Below are positions 24,301 through 31,876 of a stretch of 36,881 bases of DNA, in pieces; position 1 is the stretch's first letter; each line of letters starts with the position of its first letter. The DNA comes from a virus, in the IMG/VR virus record IMGVR_UViG_3300031111_000005, positions 1 through 36,881 of that record, one strand, 5' to 3'. The notes under the pieces were generated by a model, which did not search any database, was not told the origin of the DNA, and saw nothing but the letters and a program-made list of their open reading frames with translations. The translations under genes and the position numbers were made by a program.

Positions 24301-24786
24301 TTTAAATGGGTCTGAAATATAAGATTTTAATGTTTCTAATTCTGCTTTTGTAGCCCTTATATCTATTTCATAATCTTTTATTGTTTCATCACTTAATCCC
24401 CTACTTTCTGCTTCTTTTAAACCTTTTTGATAATTAAATAATCTATTTTGTAAATTTTGTATCTTTGGGTCTAATTGAGATTTTGCTTTTTGGTATTCTA
24501 TTTTAACTAATTCTGGATTTGCATACTCTGGAGCTTTTTGTGCCACTTCTTGTTCAAAAGATTGTGCTTGTCCAGATACTTGTTTCATTGCTTTTTCATA
24601 AGGAGCAACCTTTTTTCCAAATCCTATCTTTCTCATTAATGCACTTGCAACACCTTTAACTCCTCTTTGAGTTCCTCTTAATTCTGCTTGAGAAGGAAGT
24701 TGTTGTTGTCTTGCTTGTGCTAACTGGCTTTGTTGTTGAGAAATAGATTGTCTTTGTTGTGCTATCTGAGATTGAATATCAGCCAC
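21307..24786 (-). CDS. 1159-aa protein: Gln-rich coiled N-terminus, central globular part, highly basic K/R/P-rich C-terminus (function unknown; virion-associated candidate)
   Basis: ORF track (the start at 24786 is GTG). QSQIAQQRQSISQQQSQLAQARQQQ. C-terminal RPKETIKRPIPKRPFKIKFKLPESKKIKRRITKRRKG. Confidence 0.8.
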   Translation of the reverse strand: MADIQSQIAQQRQSISQQQSQLAQARQQQLPSQAELRGTQRGVKGVASALMRKIGFGKKVAPYEKAMKQVSGQAQSFEQEVAQKAPEYANPELVKIEYQKAKSQLDPKIQNLQNRLFNYQKGLKEAESRGLSDETIKDYEIDIRATKAELETLKSYISDPFKAIKGVSSGQAFREAASEADYIYDKSKAKEQQNKQAQQIGFKNYSDYLRNKPVLDKLSQGTATQQDISKLPWAVKEKITYKDVPSQELGGITSQSKIEGTGGYFVDPKTGQGMSSMQDLTKEGYVKVGDVGTPFSQVARINEQIKIDPFKSYQQQSIFQPKISDTKLVTSEISRYENLGYSPTEASILGRESTKVGGMTFDPRYAQELIYKAPSREGWSYQPSSQMFVQTAPGVPEGSSSTLYMQPPTPQERLMLEDINRKGSLGYFSDTLREQVYQPISESTTDFLERLQARGTQARQFVGGKKEIPIWNLDSGFAEIGEVGGVQSTEEILKVRELEGKDKFSKIGGMLVPYTIPILGGAFYASDIERGLRDYDYDPLKAFGDKPVETSLLFAPLAAWGGLKAGSFAFGKNIFKEVPGGFKQTSRFDEFFGTRIRLSEPRAGLKYEILPSTRGRYFEQLKIDKPIADLKTYPLGADLGKKVKFTEQQLEQFGKAGQRTRVKEIKEGFFGRIKEKELFSGVTYKQPGKYQDQLQYLKDLGYTEKQAREFLRYKQPKVSKQLLEGEVNIKDSFGVGKFTTRLEKPVIDVDKSLGIKTRGGKTDIKTFSDIRIPTKGGALTIGAGAEAKIGRNILNLRGADFETGVLGAKTLRSGRVGEYVFKDVLGVSGKVKVPFDNRGFIETSRSLLVKKVPKEDKVFSFKGGGKKSSPEYIQSLYAPELKQAPRIKEIPKTKPTQESKLELPKVTETTPLPIVEESKYAGTGLYERTEEYGAMDLKPEITSIISPVIMGDSFIKTNINLDTGLKFKQPSRVDFGEKLDVKPKLDIGIKPLEKIKIGEKIKVVTKTTQATKPIQVLRTGLRTPRPKETIKRPIPKRPFKIKFKLPESKKIKRRITKRRKGDEEFLAITKRYGKEVVIAKGKDLGRIVEAGKQRVKKTLGATLKVKTTKGKQIGLGPTRGFRKSKVDPLSIVQIRETRLGSLGERSEIKKSRRGVLSVI

Positions 24787-24943
24787 ATTTCATGGTCTTC
24801 ACCCCTTTAACCTTTAAAGAATTATCAATCTCTACTAAAATATTTTTAGGCATGTTATTAAATTTTTTCATTATTTTTGATGGTATTGTTATACTTGCTT
24901 GTCCGTTCCTTTGGTTTATTATCAATTTTCTTTTGAATTTCAT
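24779..24943 (-). CDS. AbrB/SpoVT-like small DNA-binding protein (54 aa)
   Basis: Hand translation MKFKRKLIINQRNGQASITIPSKIMKKF... fits the looped-hinge-helix pattern (xGQxxIxIPxxI). First ORF after a class-2 promoter, with TATA 21 nt upstream (leaderless-like). Confidence 0.55.
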   Translation of the reverse strand: MKFKRKLIINQRNGQASITIPSKIMKKFNNMPKNILVEIDNSLKVKGVKTMKCG

Positions 24944-24951
24944 ATTACTTT

Positions 24952-24985
24952 ACAGTAACTTTGTTATTTAAACTTTTTGAATTTA
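24952..24985 (-). promoter_or_regulatory. Class-2 promoter upstream of 24943
   Basis: Minus-strand reading TAAATTCAAAAAGTTTAAATAACAAAGTTACTGT. Confidence 0.65.
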
Positions 24986-25042
24986 AAAAAATAAATGTGG
25001 GCTTTTCACCCACTTGCATATCTCTTTGGATATGAATTTTAA

Positions 25043-25243
25043 TTAAAGCCCTAATGCAATCTCCCAATCAGAATTTCCTAACTTAAATTCTTTAATAGCT
25101 TTTTTTATTGGTAAACCTTGTCTATCTAAATCACATAACACTAAAGATATATCTTTAAAATTATCTGCATTAATTTCTGTATTATATCTTACCCTTCCAG
25201 GAAAACCTTTTCCTTCTGATTTTAAAGATACTTTAAGTTTCAT
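25043..25243 (-). CDS. Hypothetical protein (66 aa from MKLKVSLKSEG...)
   Basis: ORF track entry trimmed to the Met just after the upstream stop at 25246. Confidence 0.55.
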   Translation of the reverse strand: MKLKVSLKSEGKGFPGRVRYNTEINADNFKDISLVLCDLDRQGLPIKKAIKEFKLGNSDWEIALGL

Positions 25244-25245
25244 TT

Positions 25246-25710
25246 TTATCCACCAAACATAGCCCAAATTATCAAACCAATTATTGCAGCTCCAATAAGT
25301 AATCCAATCATTTTTTTGTTTACTTCTTTATTTTCTTTCTTTGAAACAGCTCCTAAAATCATTTTAATTAAAACTGGATGGTCGTCTGTATTAAATCCAT
25401 TTGGGCTATCTCTAACAGAAACTGGTTTTGTATCTTTTTCTCGGACAATATACCATGTATGCTTTCCCCTTACCCAAGTATCTTTTGGGTTTATTTTATG
25501 CCCTTTATTATCTATAACAACAATGTTTCCAGATACAACTTTAACTAATTTGAAATCTACGGTCCTATTATTTCTAAGGTATTGGACTAAAACAAATTCT
25601 GGTTTCTTTTTTGATTTCTTTGAAAGTCTTTCAAATTTTCTATCTTTCCATTTCTTTTCTTCATATTCTAATTGATTCAATTTATTTTCTATACTTTCTA
25701 ATTTATTCAT
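25246..25710 (-). CDS. Tail-anchored membrane protein (154 aa)
   Basis: ORF track; C-terminal MIGLLIGAAIIGLIIWAMFGG. Confidence 0.65.
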   Translation of the reverse strand: MNKLESIENKLNQLEYEEKKWKDRKFERLSKKSKKKPEFVLVQYLRNNRTVDFKLVKVVSGNIVVIDNKGHKINPKDTWVRGKHTWYIVREKDTKPVSVRDSPNGFNTDDHPVLIKMILGAVSKKENKEVNKKMIGLLIGAAIIGLIIWAMFGG

Positions 25711-26141
25711 TTGTTCTTACCCCAGAATGATTTTTTTCCTTCTTGTGTTATTGGAAGACCTAATTTTTTCTCTTTTGAAGCAAACCTTTTTGCAGTAACA
25801 AACAATTCTGTAAACCATCCTTTCTTAGATGCTGATGTTCTTAATACTATTTGAGCTTGTTCTCTCATCCATAATGCAAAACCATGATGCCCTAATAATT
25901 CTGCAACTTTTGCTATATGCTGACAATCCCTTACAGAAATATCTAACATTCCTAATTCTGTTTTATCTAAGTTACCAACTTTACTTGAATCATCTACTGT
26001 TGCAACTTTCCAGAAAAGAGAATATAAATCATCTGGTTTTTCAAATGTTGGAGAATTATCTTCTGCGTAATCCTCTTGTGCTTCATTTTGAGCTTCTACA
26101 TTTTGTTCAATTAAATCTTCTTGTTCTTCATCAATGTCCAT
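25707..26141 (-). CDS. Hypothetical protein with acidic N-terminus (144 aa)
   Basis: ORF track; 4-nt overlap downstream. Confidence 0.65.
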   Translation of the reverse strand: MDIDEEQEDLIEQNVEAQNEAQEDYAEDNSPTFEKPDDLYSLFWKVATVDDSSKVGNLDKTELGMLDISVRDCQHIAKVAELLGHHGFALWMREQAQIVLRTSASKKGWFTELFVTAKRFASKEKKLGLPITQEGKKSFWGKNK

Positions 26142-26163
26142 CTGGGTATCGTATTACCTCCTT

Positions 26164-26760
26164 TCAATCATATTCTTCTTCGTAATCAGAGTGATTATAT
26201 CCATTATAAATATAAGCCCCTATTGAAAATAATAATCCTAATCCTAAAGAAATAAAAGATAAATACCTTGAATTTTCATCATTTAATGTTCCAATTCCAT
26301 AAATCATTATTAATATTCCTGTTAATAAAAAACATATTCCAGAAATATAAACAAATAATTCTTCATTTACAAAAACTGATAAAATTAAAAAGACAAAAGC
26401 AAATACATAAAGAATTATTAATAAAACAAATAAATTACTTCCAATTAAAAAATAAGTTGCAAAATCTTTTTCACAACCATTACTTATTCCTCTAACATCA
26501 TATCTTCCAGATTCTACCGAAGTTAAACAAAAATCATAATAAAATTCTCCACTACCTGCACTTGTCATTTCTATATTACTTACTGCTACACTTGAATTTG
26601 GATATGATATTGAACTTATATTTATCCAATCAGCATTATTACAAGTTTGAGTTACTCTTACACATTCTCCTCTATCAAATGTTCCTAAATTATCTAAAGC
26701 ACTTACCATGCTAAATGTTAATATGCATGTAAATATTGTTAATAATATTTTTTTATTCAT
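26164..26760 (-). CDS. Secreted-domain + multi-TM membrane protein (198 aa from MNKKILLTIF)
   Basis: ORF track entry trimmed to the Met in ATGA overlap at 26757..26760; signal-like N-terminus; 3-4 C-terminal hydrophobic helices. Confidence 0.65.
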   Translation of the reverse strand: MNKKILLTIFTCILTFSMVSALDNLGTFDRGECVRVTQTCNNADWINISSISYPNSSVAVSNIEMTSAGSGEFYYDFCLTSVESGRYDVRGISNGCEKDFATYFLIGSNLFVLLIILYVFAFVFLILSVFVNEELFVYISGICFLLTGILIMIYGIGTLNDENSRYLSFISLGLGLLFSIGAYIYNGYNHSDYEEEYD

Positions 26761-29700
26761 TCTATATTCCTCATACAATTTACTATTTCTGATTGAGTTG
26801 ATAAATCCCAACAATCTAATTGTTGTTGTTGTCTATCTTCTAATTTTGAAATCTTCCATAACATTAAAACATTCATTGCTCTATTTGTATGTCCAATAGC
26901 TTCTAAATTATAACTTCCATAATCTGACTTTTCATAATCAAACAAAATATTATCACTTAATTTTCCATCTAAAGTTAATATCATATCTTTCATTTGTGAA
27001 TATGTTTTTGTAGATAAAGCATCATAAAAAATTTCTAATTTATTTAATGTTTCTGGTTCTTTTGTTGTATTAGTAATGTAATGTTCTGCTAAAACAGAAT
27101 TTTCAAATTGAGTTATATTTTTTAAATGTTTTATATTTCTTTCAGAATATTCATATGCTTTTTGAATCATTACACTTTTACAACCAGTATTAATACCATT
27201 AATTTTTTTATGTGAATAATATGTTTCTTCAACTTCTTTTAAAGAACAAACTTCTTTAATATTTTCCATAACTTCTGATTCATTCATTTCTCCACTATCA
27301 GATAAATCTTTTAATTCATTTTCTGTATAACCATTAATTGCAACATATTCACAAAACTCTCTATTTACATTTCTTACTTCTGGTTTTGATAAATCTGTTC
27401 CATTATAAGCACATTCACCCCAAGCAGAATAGTTTCCATCATTTCCACCATTTGCTTCTGCATATTTTACTAATTCGTATGCTTCTTCATTAGATAATTT
27501 AGTTATATAGGTATGTTCTACGAAAGTTCCTGCTTCTGCAGTTCCCCACCCAGTTCCATTAAATATCTTTGTTGCACCACTATTTGAATTATTTATAATA
27601 ACATCATCTCCAAGACCATATACTCTTGAACCATCATAACCTCCAAATAAAATATCAGTTGTTCCTTCTAAAACTATTCCATAATTGTTTTCTGCATTAG
27701 TTGGTTCTTCAAGATACATGTGAGTAAAATTTTGTATATCTCCAATTTCTGCATCTGAAAAATAAGCAGAAGTTATCTCTGTTACATTTGAACCAGTTGA
27801 AAAAACATTTGAAATTGGTTTAAGTAATAAAACCTTTAAATCATCTGCTTTAATAGTTCCAAGCAAACTTTGAACTCCAGTAATTCTTGTTCCAATAACA
27901 CTTAAATTTTTATTTCCATTATTTCTAAATGAAAAAGCACCTGCAAAATCTAAACCTATTGTTTTAGCAGAATCTCCAAAATTAGTTCCAATAATTATTG
28001 GATAACCAAAAATACCAGTAAATTCTTCATTAAATGGAGTTGTTGTTGTATCAACTGAAACAGTATTATAAAATCCATATCCACTATTAGAATTATTTGA
28101 ATGAGTTTGTCGTAAATCTATTTTTGCACTTTTAACTAAACCTAAATTAGACAAAGATATAGTTCCTTCTTCACTTCTTAAAGTATCTCCGAATGTTATG
28201 TTTCCTGTAACATTAAAATTTCCACTTAATTTTCTTGAACCATTTGCTAATAAATATTGAGTATGGTCGTCATCTAACAAACCCCCTAAGTTTCCATGGT
28301 CTGTTGCTTGTGCAGGTGTAAATTGTGTTGTAAAAGAACTTTGAACTTCAATAGGAACATCTACTCCTTTCTTGAATAATATTCTTCCAACCAACATTCC
28401 ATGTTCATACCAACTACTTGGAAAATTTGGAACTTCCTCTGCCTCTGCATTTGCTACATTTGAATATTGATTTTGAGGATAAATTAACATAAGTTGTCCA
28501 TTATCCACTGTTCCAAATTGAATAAAAACCCAAATATTTGCATAATAATTATTATTTATTTCTTGTAGTGTTCCACTTCCATCATCATAATATGTATTAT
28601 TCCATTGAGTATATGGTCCTTCTCTATCGTAACTTCCACCAACATCTCTATAAAAAGCATAAAAACTATCTCCTCCAGAACAATCTTTTGTTGTTATTGG
28701 ATATTCCTCTCCAATATATAAAATATTACTTTGTGTTAATGTAGGATTTCTTGTTCCAGTATATCCTAAAATTAATCCTCCAACTCTATTATCTCTTATT
28801 GGTCCTGCACTTTCTAACCACTCTAAAATATTTGTAGTTGAATCTCCTGTTTGCCAAGGTAAGCTAAGAGGATATAAATTATCTTCTAAATTAATAACAC
28901 TACCTAAAGGAAATTCAGTATCATAATTCCATGTATTTGTTTCTTTTGATAATATTCTTGGAGTTCCTGAATTATATTCTACTCCTATGTATCTTATTGA
29001 ATCTGTTGGAATACTAACAGAAGTATTTGCATCCCACTTCATGAATTTAACTTGGGAAATATCATCATCTGCAATTCTAAATGTTCCATTACCACTTGCA
29101 ACTGTAACTGTTTGGTCATCATTATCTGTAATTGCTCCACCTTGAATTTGCCCAGCAGAAGTATATAAATTCCAAGCATCATTCAAACTTGAATAACCAT
29201 TGTTTCCTTTCATATCATTTATAAAAATATCACTTACATTTATTATACTATTATCTCCCATATTCAAATCTCCTCCAATTTCAAAACTACCATCAACAGT
29301 TAAATTTTCAAGTAAATGCAAATTGTATGCTTCAATTTCTTCTGCATTAATATTTTGAACATATAAATTTAGCCATCTTAAAGCACCAGAACCTAAAGAA
29401 TAAGTTAAAGTAGTTCTTGGAAATAAATCAGAAAAATAAGAATTTCCATTAACTTGTAATTCTTGGTCTATTTCTAAATCAGTTCCACCTAAATACCAAG
29501 GGTCACCATCCATACTTAATTGCCCAACAACTCCTTGAATGAAATTAAAAAAACCAGTGTAACCCAAAGCATTAACATCTCCACCACTTATTTCATCATA
29601 AGTTATATCTGCTGGAGTATCTCTATCATCCCAGTAATCTGCAACTCCAGAACTTTCTGAATAATTAACATTAATAGAATAATTCTCACCTTCAATAACA

Positions 29701-29864
29701 GTTTCTCCTTGTTCTAAATAATTGTAACCAAACTCGTTCGCAGAAATAAAAGTAAAACTAAAAAAAATAAATAAAAATATTCCAAAAACCTTGAATGACG
29801 AATTAAATGCCTTTACGGACTCAGCCTTCATCTCATCAGTTTTTGTTTTATATTTTTTAAACAT
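26757..29864 (-). CDS. 1035-aa fibre / host-recognition-like structural protein
   Basis: N-terminal hydrophobic VFGIFLFIFFSFTFISA. Long G/N/T/S-rich beta-type sequence. ATDHGNLGGLLDDDHTQYLLANGSRKLSGNFNVTGNITFG resembles, from memory, a motif common in viral fibre proteins. It is encoded immediately after the capsid-like gene. Confidence 0.8.
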   Translation of the reverse strand: MFKKYKTKTDEMKAESVKAFNSSFKVFGIFLFIFFSFTFISANEFGYNYLEQGETVIEGENYSINVNYSESSGVADYWDDRDTPADITYDEISGGDVNALGYTGFFNFIQGVVGQLSMDGDPWYLGGTDLEIDQELQVNGNSYFSDLFPRTTLTYSLGSGALRWLNLYVQNINAEEIEAYNLHLLENLTVDGSFEIGGDLNMGDNSIINVSDIFINDMKGNNGYSSLNDAWNLYTSAGQIQGGAITDNDDQTVTVASGNGTFRIADDDISQVKFMKWDANTSVSIPTDSIRYIGVEYNSGTPRILSKETNTWNYDTEFPLGSVINLEDNLYPLSLPWQTGDSTTNILEWLESAGPIRDNRVGGLILGYTGTRNPTLTQSNILYIGEEYPITTKDCSGGDSFYAFYRDVGGSYDREGPYTQWNNTYYDDGSGTLQEINNNYYANIWVFIQFGTVDNGQLMLIYPQNQYSNVANAEAEEVPNFPSSWYEHGMLVGRILFKKGVDVPIEVQSSFTTQFTPAQATDHGNLGGLLDDDHTQYLLANGSRKLSGNFNVTGNITFGDTLRSEEGTISLSNLGLVKSAKIDLRQTHSNNSNSGYGFYNTVSVDTTTTPFNEEFTGIFGYPIIIGTNFGDSAKTIGLDFAGAFSFRNNGNKNLSVIGTRITGVQSLLGTIKADDLKVLLLKPISNVFSTGSNVTEITSAYFSDAEIGDIQNFTHMYLEEPTNAENNYGIVLEGTTDILFGGYDGSRVYGLGDDVIINNSNSGATKIFNGTGWGTAEAGTFVEHTYITKLSNEEAYELVKYAEANGGNDGNYSAWGECAYNGTDLSKPEVRNVNREFCEYVAINGYTENELKDLSDSGEMNESEVMENIKEVCSLKEVEETYYSHKKINGINTGCKSVMIQKAYEYSERNIKHLKNITQFENSVLAEHYITNTTKEPETLNKLEIFYDALSTKTYSQMKDMILTLDGKLSDNILFDYEKSDYGSYNLEAIGHTNRAMNVLMLWKISKLEDRQQQQLDCWDLSTQSEIVNCMRNIE

Positions 29865-29881
29865 TAAAATCTCCTATTGGC

Positions 29882-30112
29882 TTAAGCCATACCTGCATCT
29901 CTTAGGTTACCATACAATACAGCAATTCCAATCGCTAAAATAGCAATAGCGAAGAAACCAGGAACTATCTTAAGAACAGTTGCACCCCAGCTTGAAGCGT
30001 TGTATAGAGAACCATTAGTTGCAGCAGCAGTGTTTACTTGGTCAGAGATAGGTCCGATAAGTGAAACACCGATTAGGATTGAAATGAATCCGTTAATAAA
30101 TCTTGCAATCAT
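29882..30112 (-). CDS. 76-aa two-helix hydrophobic protein, candidate major capsid protein of the spindle-shaped-virus type
   Basis: Two hydrophobic helices (FINGFISILIGVSLIG and IVPGFFAIAILAIGIAVLYG) flank a short polar loop. It is the first gene of the about 30-kb minus-strand string, sits behind a class-2 promoter, and is visibly more GC-rich than its neighbours. Confidence 0.55.
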   Translation of the reverse strand: MIARFINGFISILIGVSLIGPISDQVNTAAATNGSLYNASSWGATVLKIVPGFFAIAILAIGIAVLYGNLRDAGMA

Positions 30113-30153
30113 TTGTCTCTTTTATTTTAATACCTCTGTAGTAGTATGAAATA

Positions 30154-30179
30154 ATTTTGTTATTTAAACTTTTCGAATA
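30154..30179 (-). promoter_or_regulatory. Class-2 promoter upstream of the capsid-like gene
   Basis: Minus-strand reading TATTCGAAAAGTTTAAATAACAAAAT; shares GAAAAGTTTAAATAACAAA with 16193..16226 and 24952..24985. Confidence 0.6.
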
Positions 30180-30190
30180 TTTTTTACTGT

Positions 30191-30222
30191 AAAGTAGTTA
30201 AAATAAAAACTTCACTACTTTT
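30191..30222. promoter_or_regulatory. Palindromic operator-like site in the divergent control region
   Basis: aaagtagtTaa-aataaaaac-ttCactacttt. The right arm is the TTCACTACTTTT box of the class-1 promoter; the left arm is its inverted copy with one mismatch. Confidence 0.5.
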
Positions 30223-30245
30223 AAGTTAATAACAATATTTATAAA
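30211..30245 (+). promoter_or_regulatory. Class-1 promoter driving the plus-strand module
   Basis: TTCACTACTTTTAAGTTAATAACAATATTTATAAA. TATA (TTTATAAA, 30238..30245) lies 21 nt before the ATG at 30267 (leaderless-like). Confidence 0.6.
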
Positions 30246-30266
30246 CATAATTAATTTACAAACATA

Positions 30267-30431
30267 ATGGATACCCAAACTTCTAAAAAGAAAAGACCTT
30301 ATGATGCTTTGAATGTCCGTCGTGAAACTAAATTAAGAATAGATGGAATTTATTATAAGTTAAAAATTTCTAAAGGATACAAAAGTTACGACGACTTCAT
30401 TAATGAGGTTCTTGATATTTTTGAAAAATAA
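30267..30431 (+). CDS. Ribbon-helix-helix-like small regulator (54 aa)
   Basis: Hand translation MDTQTSKKKRPYDALNVRRETKLRIDGIYYKLKISKGYKSYDDFINEVLDIFEK: a basic N-terminal strand followed by two helices. First gene after the divergent promoter. Confidence 0.45.
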   Translation: MDTQTSKKKRPYDALNVRRETKLRIDGIYYKLKISKGYKSYDDFINEVLDIFEK

Positions 30432-30436
30432 AAAAA

Positions 30437-30907
30437 ATGGCTTACAAAAGTAATGTAACTCCTCAACAAGATACTGGTTGGGGTGTAATTTATAGATTGA
30501 ATGATTTGTTTAGAGAGATAGAAACTTTAGCAACAAATGGAAAGTATGATGAATGGAATTATAAGTTGGATAGAATTTTTAGTAACCTTTGTTATAGAAA
30601 TCCTTTAAAAATTGAAAAAGACAAAAATGAAAATATTTCTTCTATTGAATTTGATGAAGAATCTTTTAGAGTTAAATTATTTTTAGATACACAAATTTTA
30701 AAACATAAAAGAGATATGAAAATTGCAGAAAAAAAAATACCAGTTGGACATGAATCTTCAAAAAGTAAAGAATGGATTAAAGCAAAAAAAGAATTATATA
30801 AATCAATATTTTTAAAAGAAGTTTGGTTAAGGAAATATATGTCTGAATTAGGGCTTTATCTTAAAGAGGTTGAATATAATCCAGCTGGGGCTATGTGGGG
30901 TAAATAA
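30437..30907 (+). CDS. Hypothetical protein (156 aa)
   Basis: ORF track; its stop abuts the next ATG (TAAATG). Confidence 0.7.
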   Translation: MAYKSNVTPQQDTGWGVIYRLNDLFREIETLATNGKYDEWNYKLDRIFSNLCYRNPLKIEKDKNENISSIEFDEESFRVKLFLDTQILKHKRDMKIAEKKIPVGHESSKSKEWIKAKKELYKSIFLKEVWLRKYMSELGLYLKEVEYNPAGAMWGK

Positions 30908-31876
30908 ATGTTAGTAACAGATATAAAAAGAAAAACTAAGAATGGAATTAAAACTGGATTTTATATGCAAGGTTATCTTAAAAGAAATCTTGATGGAGTT
31001 CCAGAATTTCTAAAAAAAGAATGGGATGTTGTTGGAATTATTTCTGGGCATGGAAAAGTTGGAACTGGAAAATCAACTATGGCATTAAATGTTGCTTATT
31101 ATTTAGCATGGATGTTAGCTGGAGGAAAAATGATTGATGAAGAATATGAAAAAGGTAAATTTAGAGTTAAAGAAATTATATCCCCAAAAAAACCAATTAG
31201 ATTTGGAATGGAAAATATTGTATTTACTCCAGAAGACTTAATGAAAAAAGCTGAAACACTATACAAAAAATATGGACCTAACCAAGTGATAGTTTATGAT
31301 GAAGGGAAGTCTGGTCTTGATTCTGCTAATGCTATGATGAGTATAAATAAAGCTATGGTAGAATTTATGCAAAGATGTAGAGTATATCATCATATTATTT
31401 TGATTGTTCTTCCAAATTTCTTTAAATTACATGAAGATTATGCTGTGGCAAGAAGTTTGTTCTTAATTGATGTTTATGCTGATAAAGAATTTAATAGGGG
31501 GTTCTTTTCTTTCTATAATGAGTTACAAAAAGAGAAATTATATTACTTTGGTAAGCGTTTAATAGGTGTAAGGGCAAGATATGCGGCTGCAAAGCATAAT
31601 TTCTGGGGTAAATTTACTAAATGGATGCCTGTTGATAAGGATGAATACGATAAAGCCAAAATGAAAGCTATTAAAGACCTATCAATGACTAAACATGATG
31701 TAAAATATAAGATTCAAAGGGATGCGGCAATTTATTTGACACAAAAGTATTCCAACATGCCTTCTGACAAGATTTCTAAAGAATTAAGTGCAGTTTGTGG
31801 TGAGAAGATTAGTCCTCGGAGCATTAGGTATGCAATTTCTAATATAACTAAAGAAAAAAGTTCTGAAATTGAATAA
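30908..31876 (+). CDS. P-loop NTPase with C-terminal HTH-like region (322 aa)
   Basis: Walker A GHGKVGTGKST; Walker B QVIVYDEG; the C-terminal ~80 aa are helical with an HTH-like stretch (ISPRSIRYAISNI). Confidence 0.8.
   Translation: MLVTDIKRKTKNGIKTGFYMQGYLKRNLDGVPEFLKKEWDVVGIISGHGKVGTGKSTMALNVAYYLAWMLAGGKMIDEEYEKGKFRVKEIISPKKPIRFGMENIVFTPEDLMKKAETLYKKYGPNQVIVYDEGKSGLDSANAMMSINKAMVEFMQRCRVYHHIILIVLPNFFKLHEDYAVARSLFLIDVYADKEFNRGFFSFYNELQKEKLYYFGKRLIGVRARYAAAKHNFWGKFTKWMPVDKDEYDKAKMKAIKDLSMTKHDVKYKIQRDAAIYLTQKYSNMPSDKISKELSAVCGEKISPRSIRYAISNITKEKSSEIE

Noticed and set aside
21307-24786. Interpretation of the 1159-aa protein as a tail tape-measure protein, and of the element as a tailed (Caudoviricetes) virus.
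   Set aside because: No large terminase, portal, HK97-fold capsid, tail tube or sheath candidates of appropriate size are visible among the ORFs. The remaining large proteins are LamG or fibre-like membrane-anchored proteins. This remains untested by profile searches.
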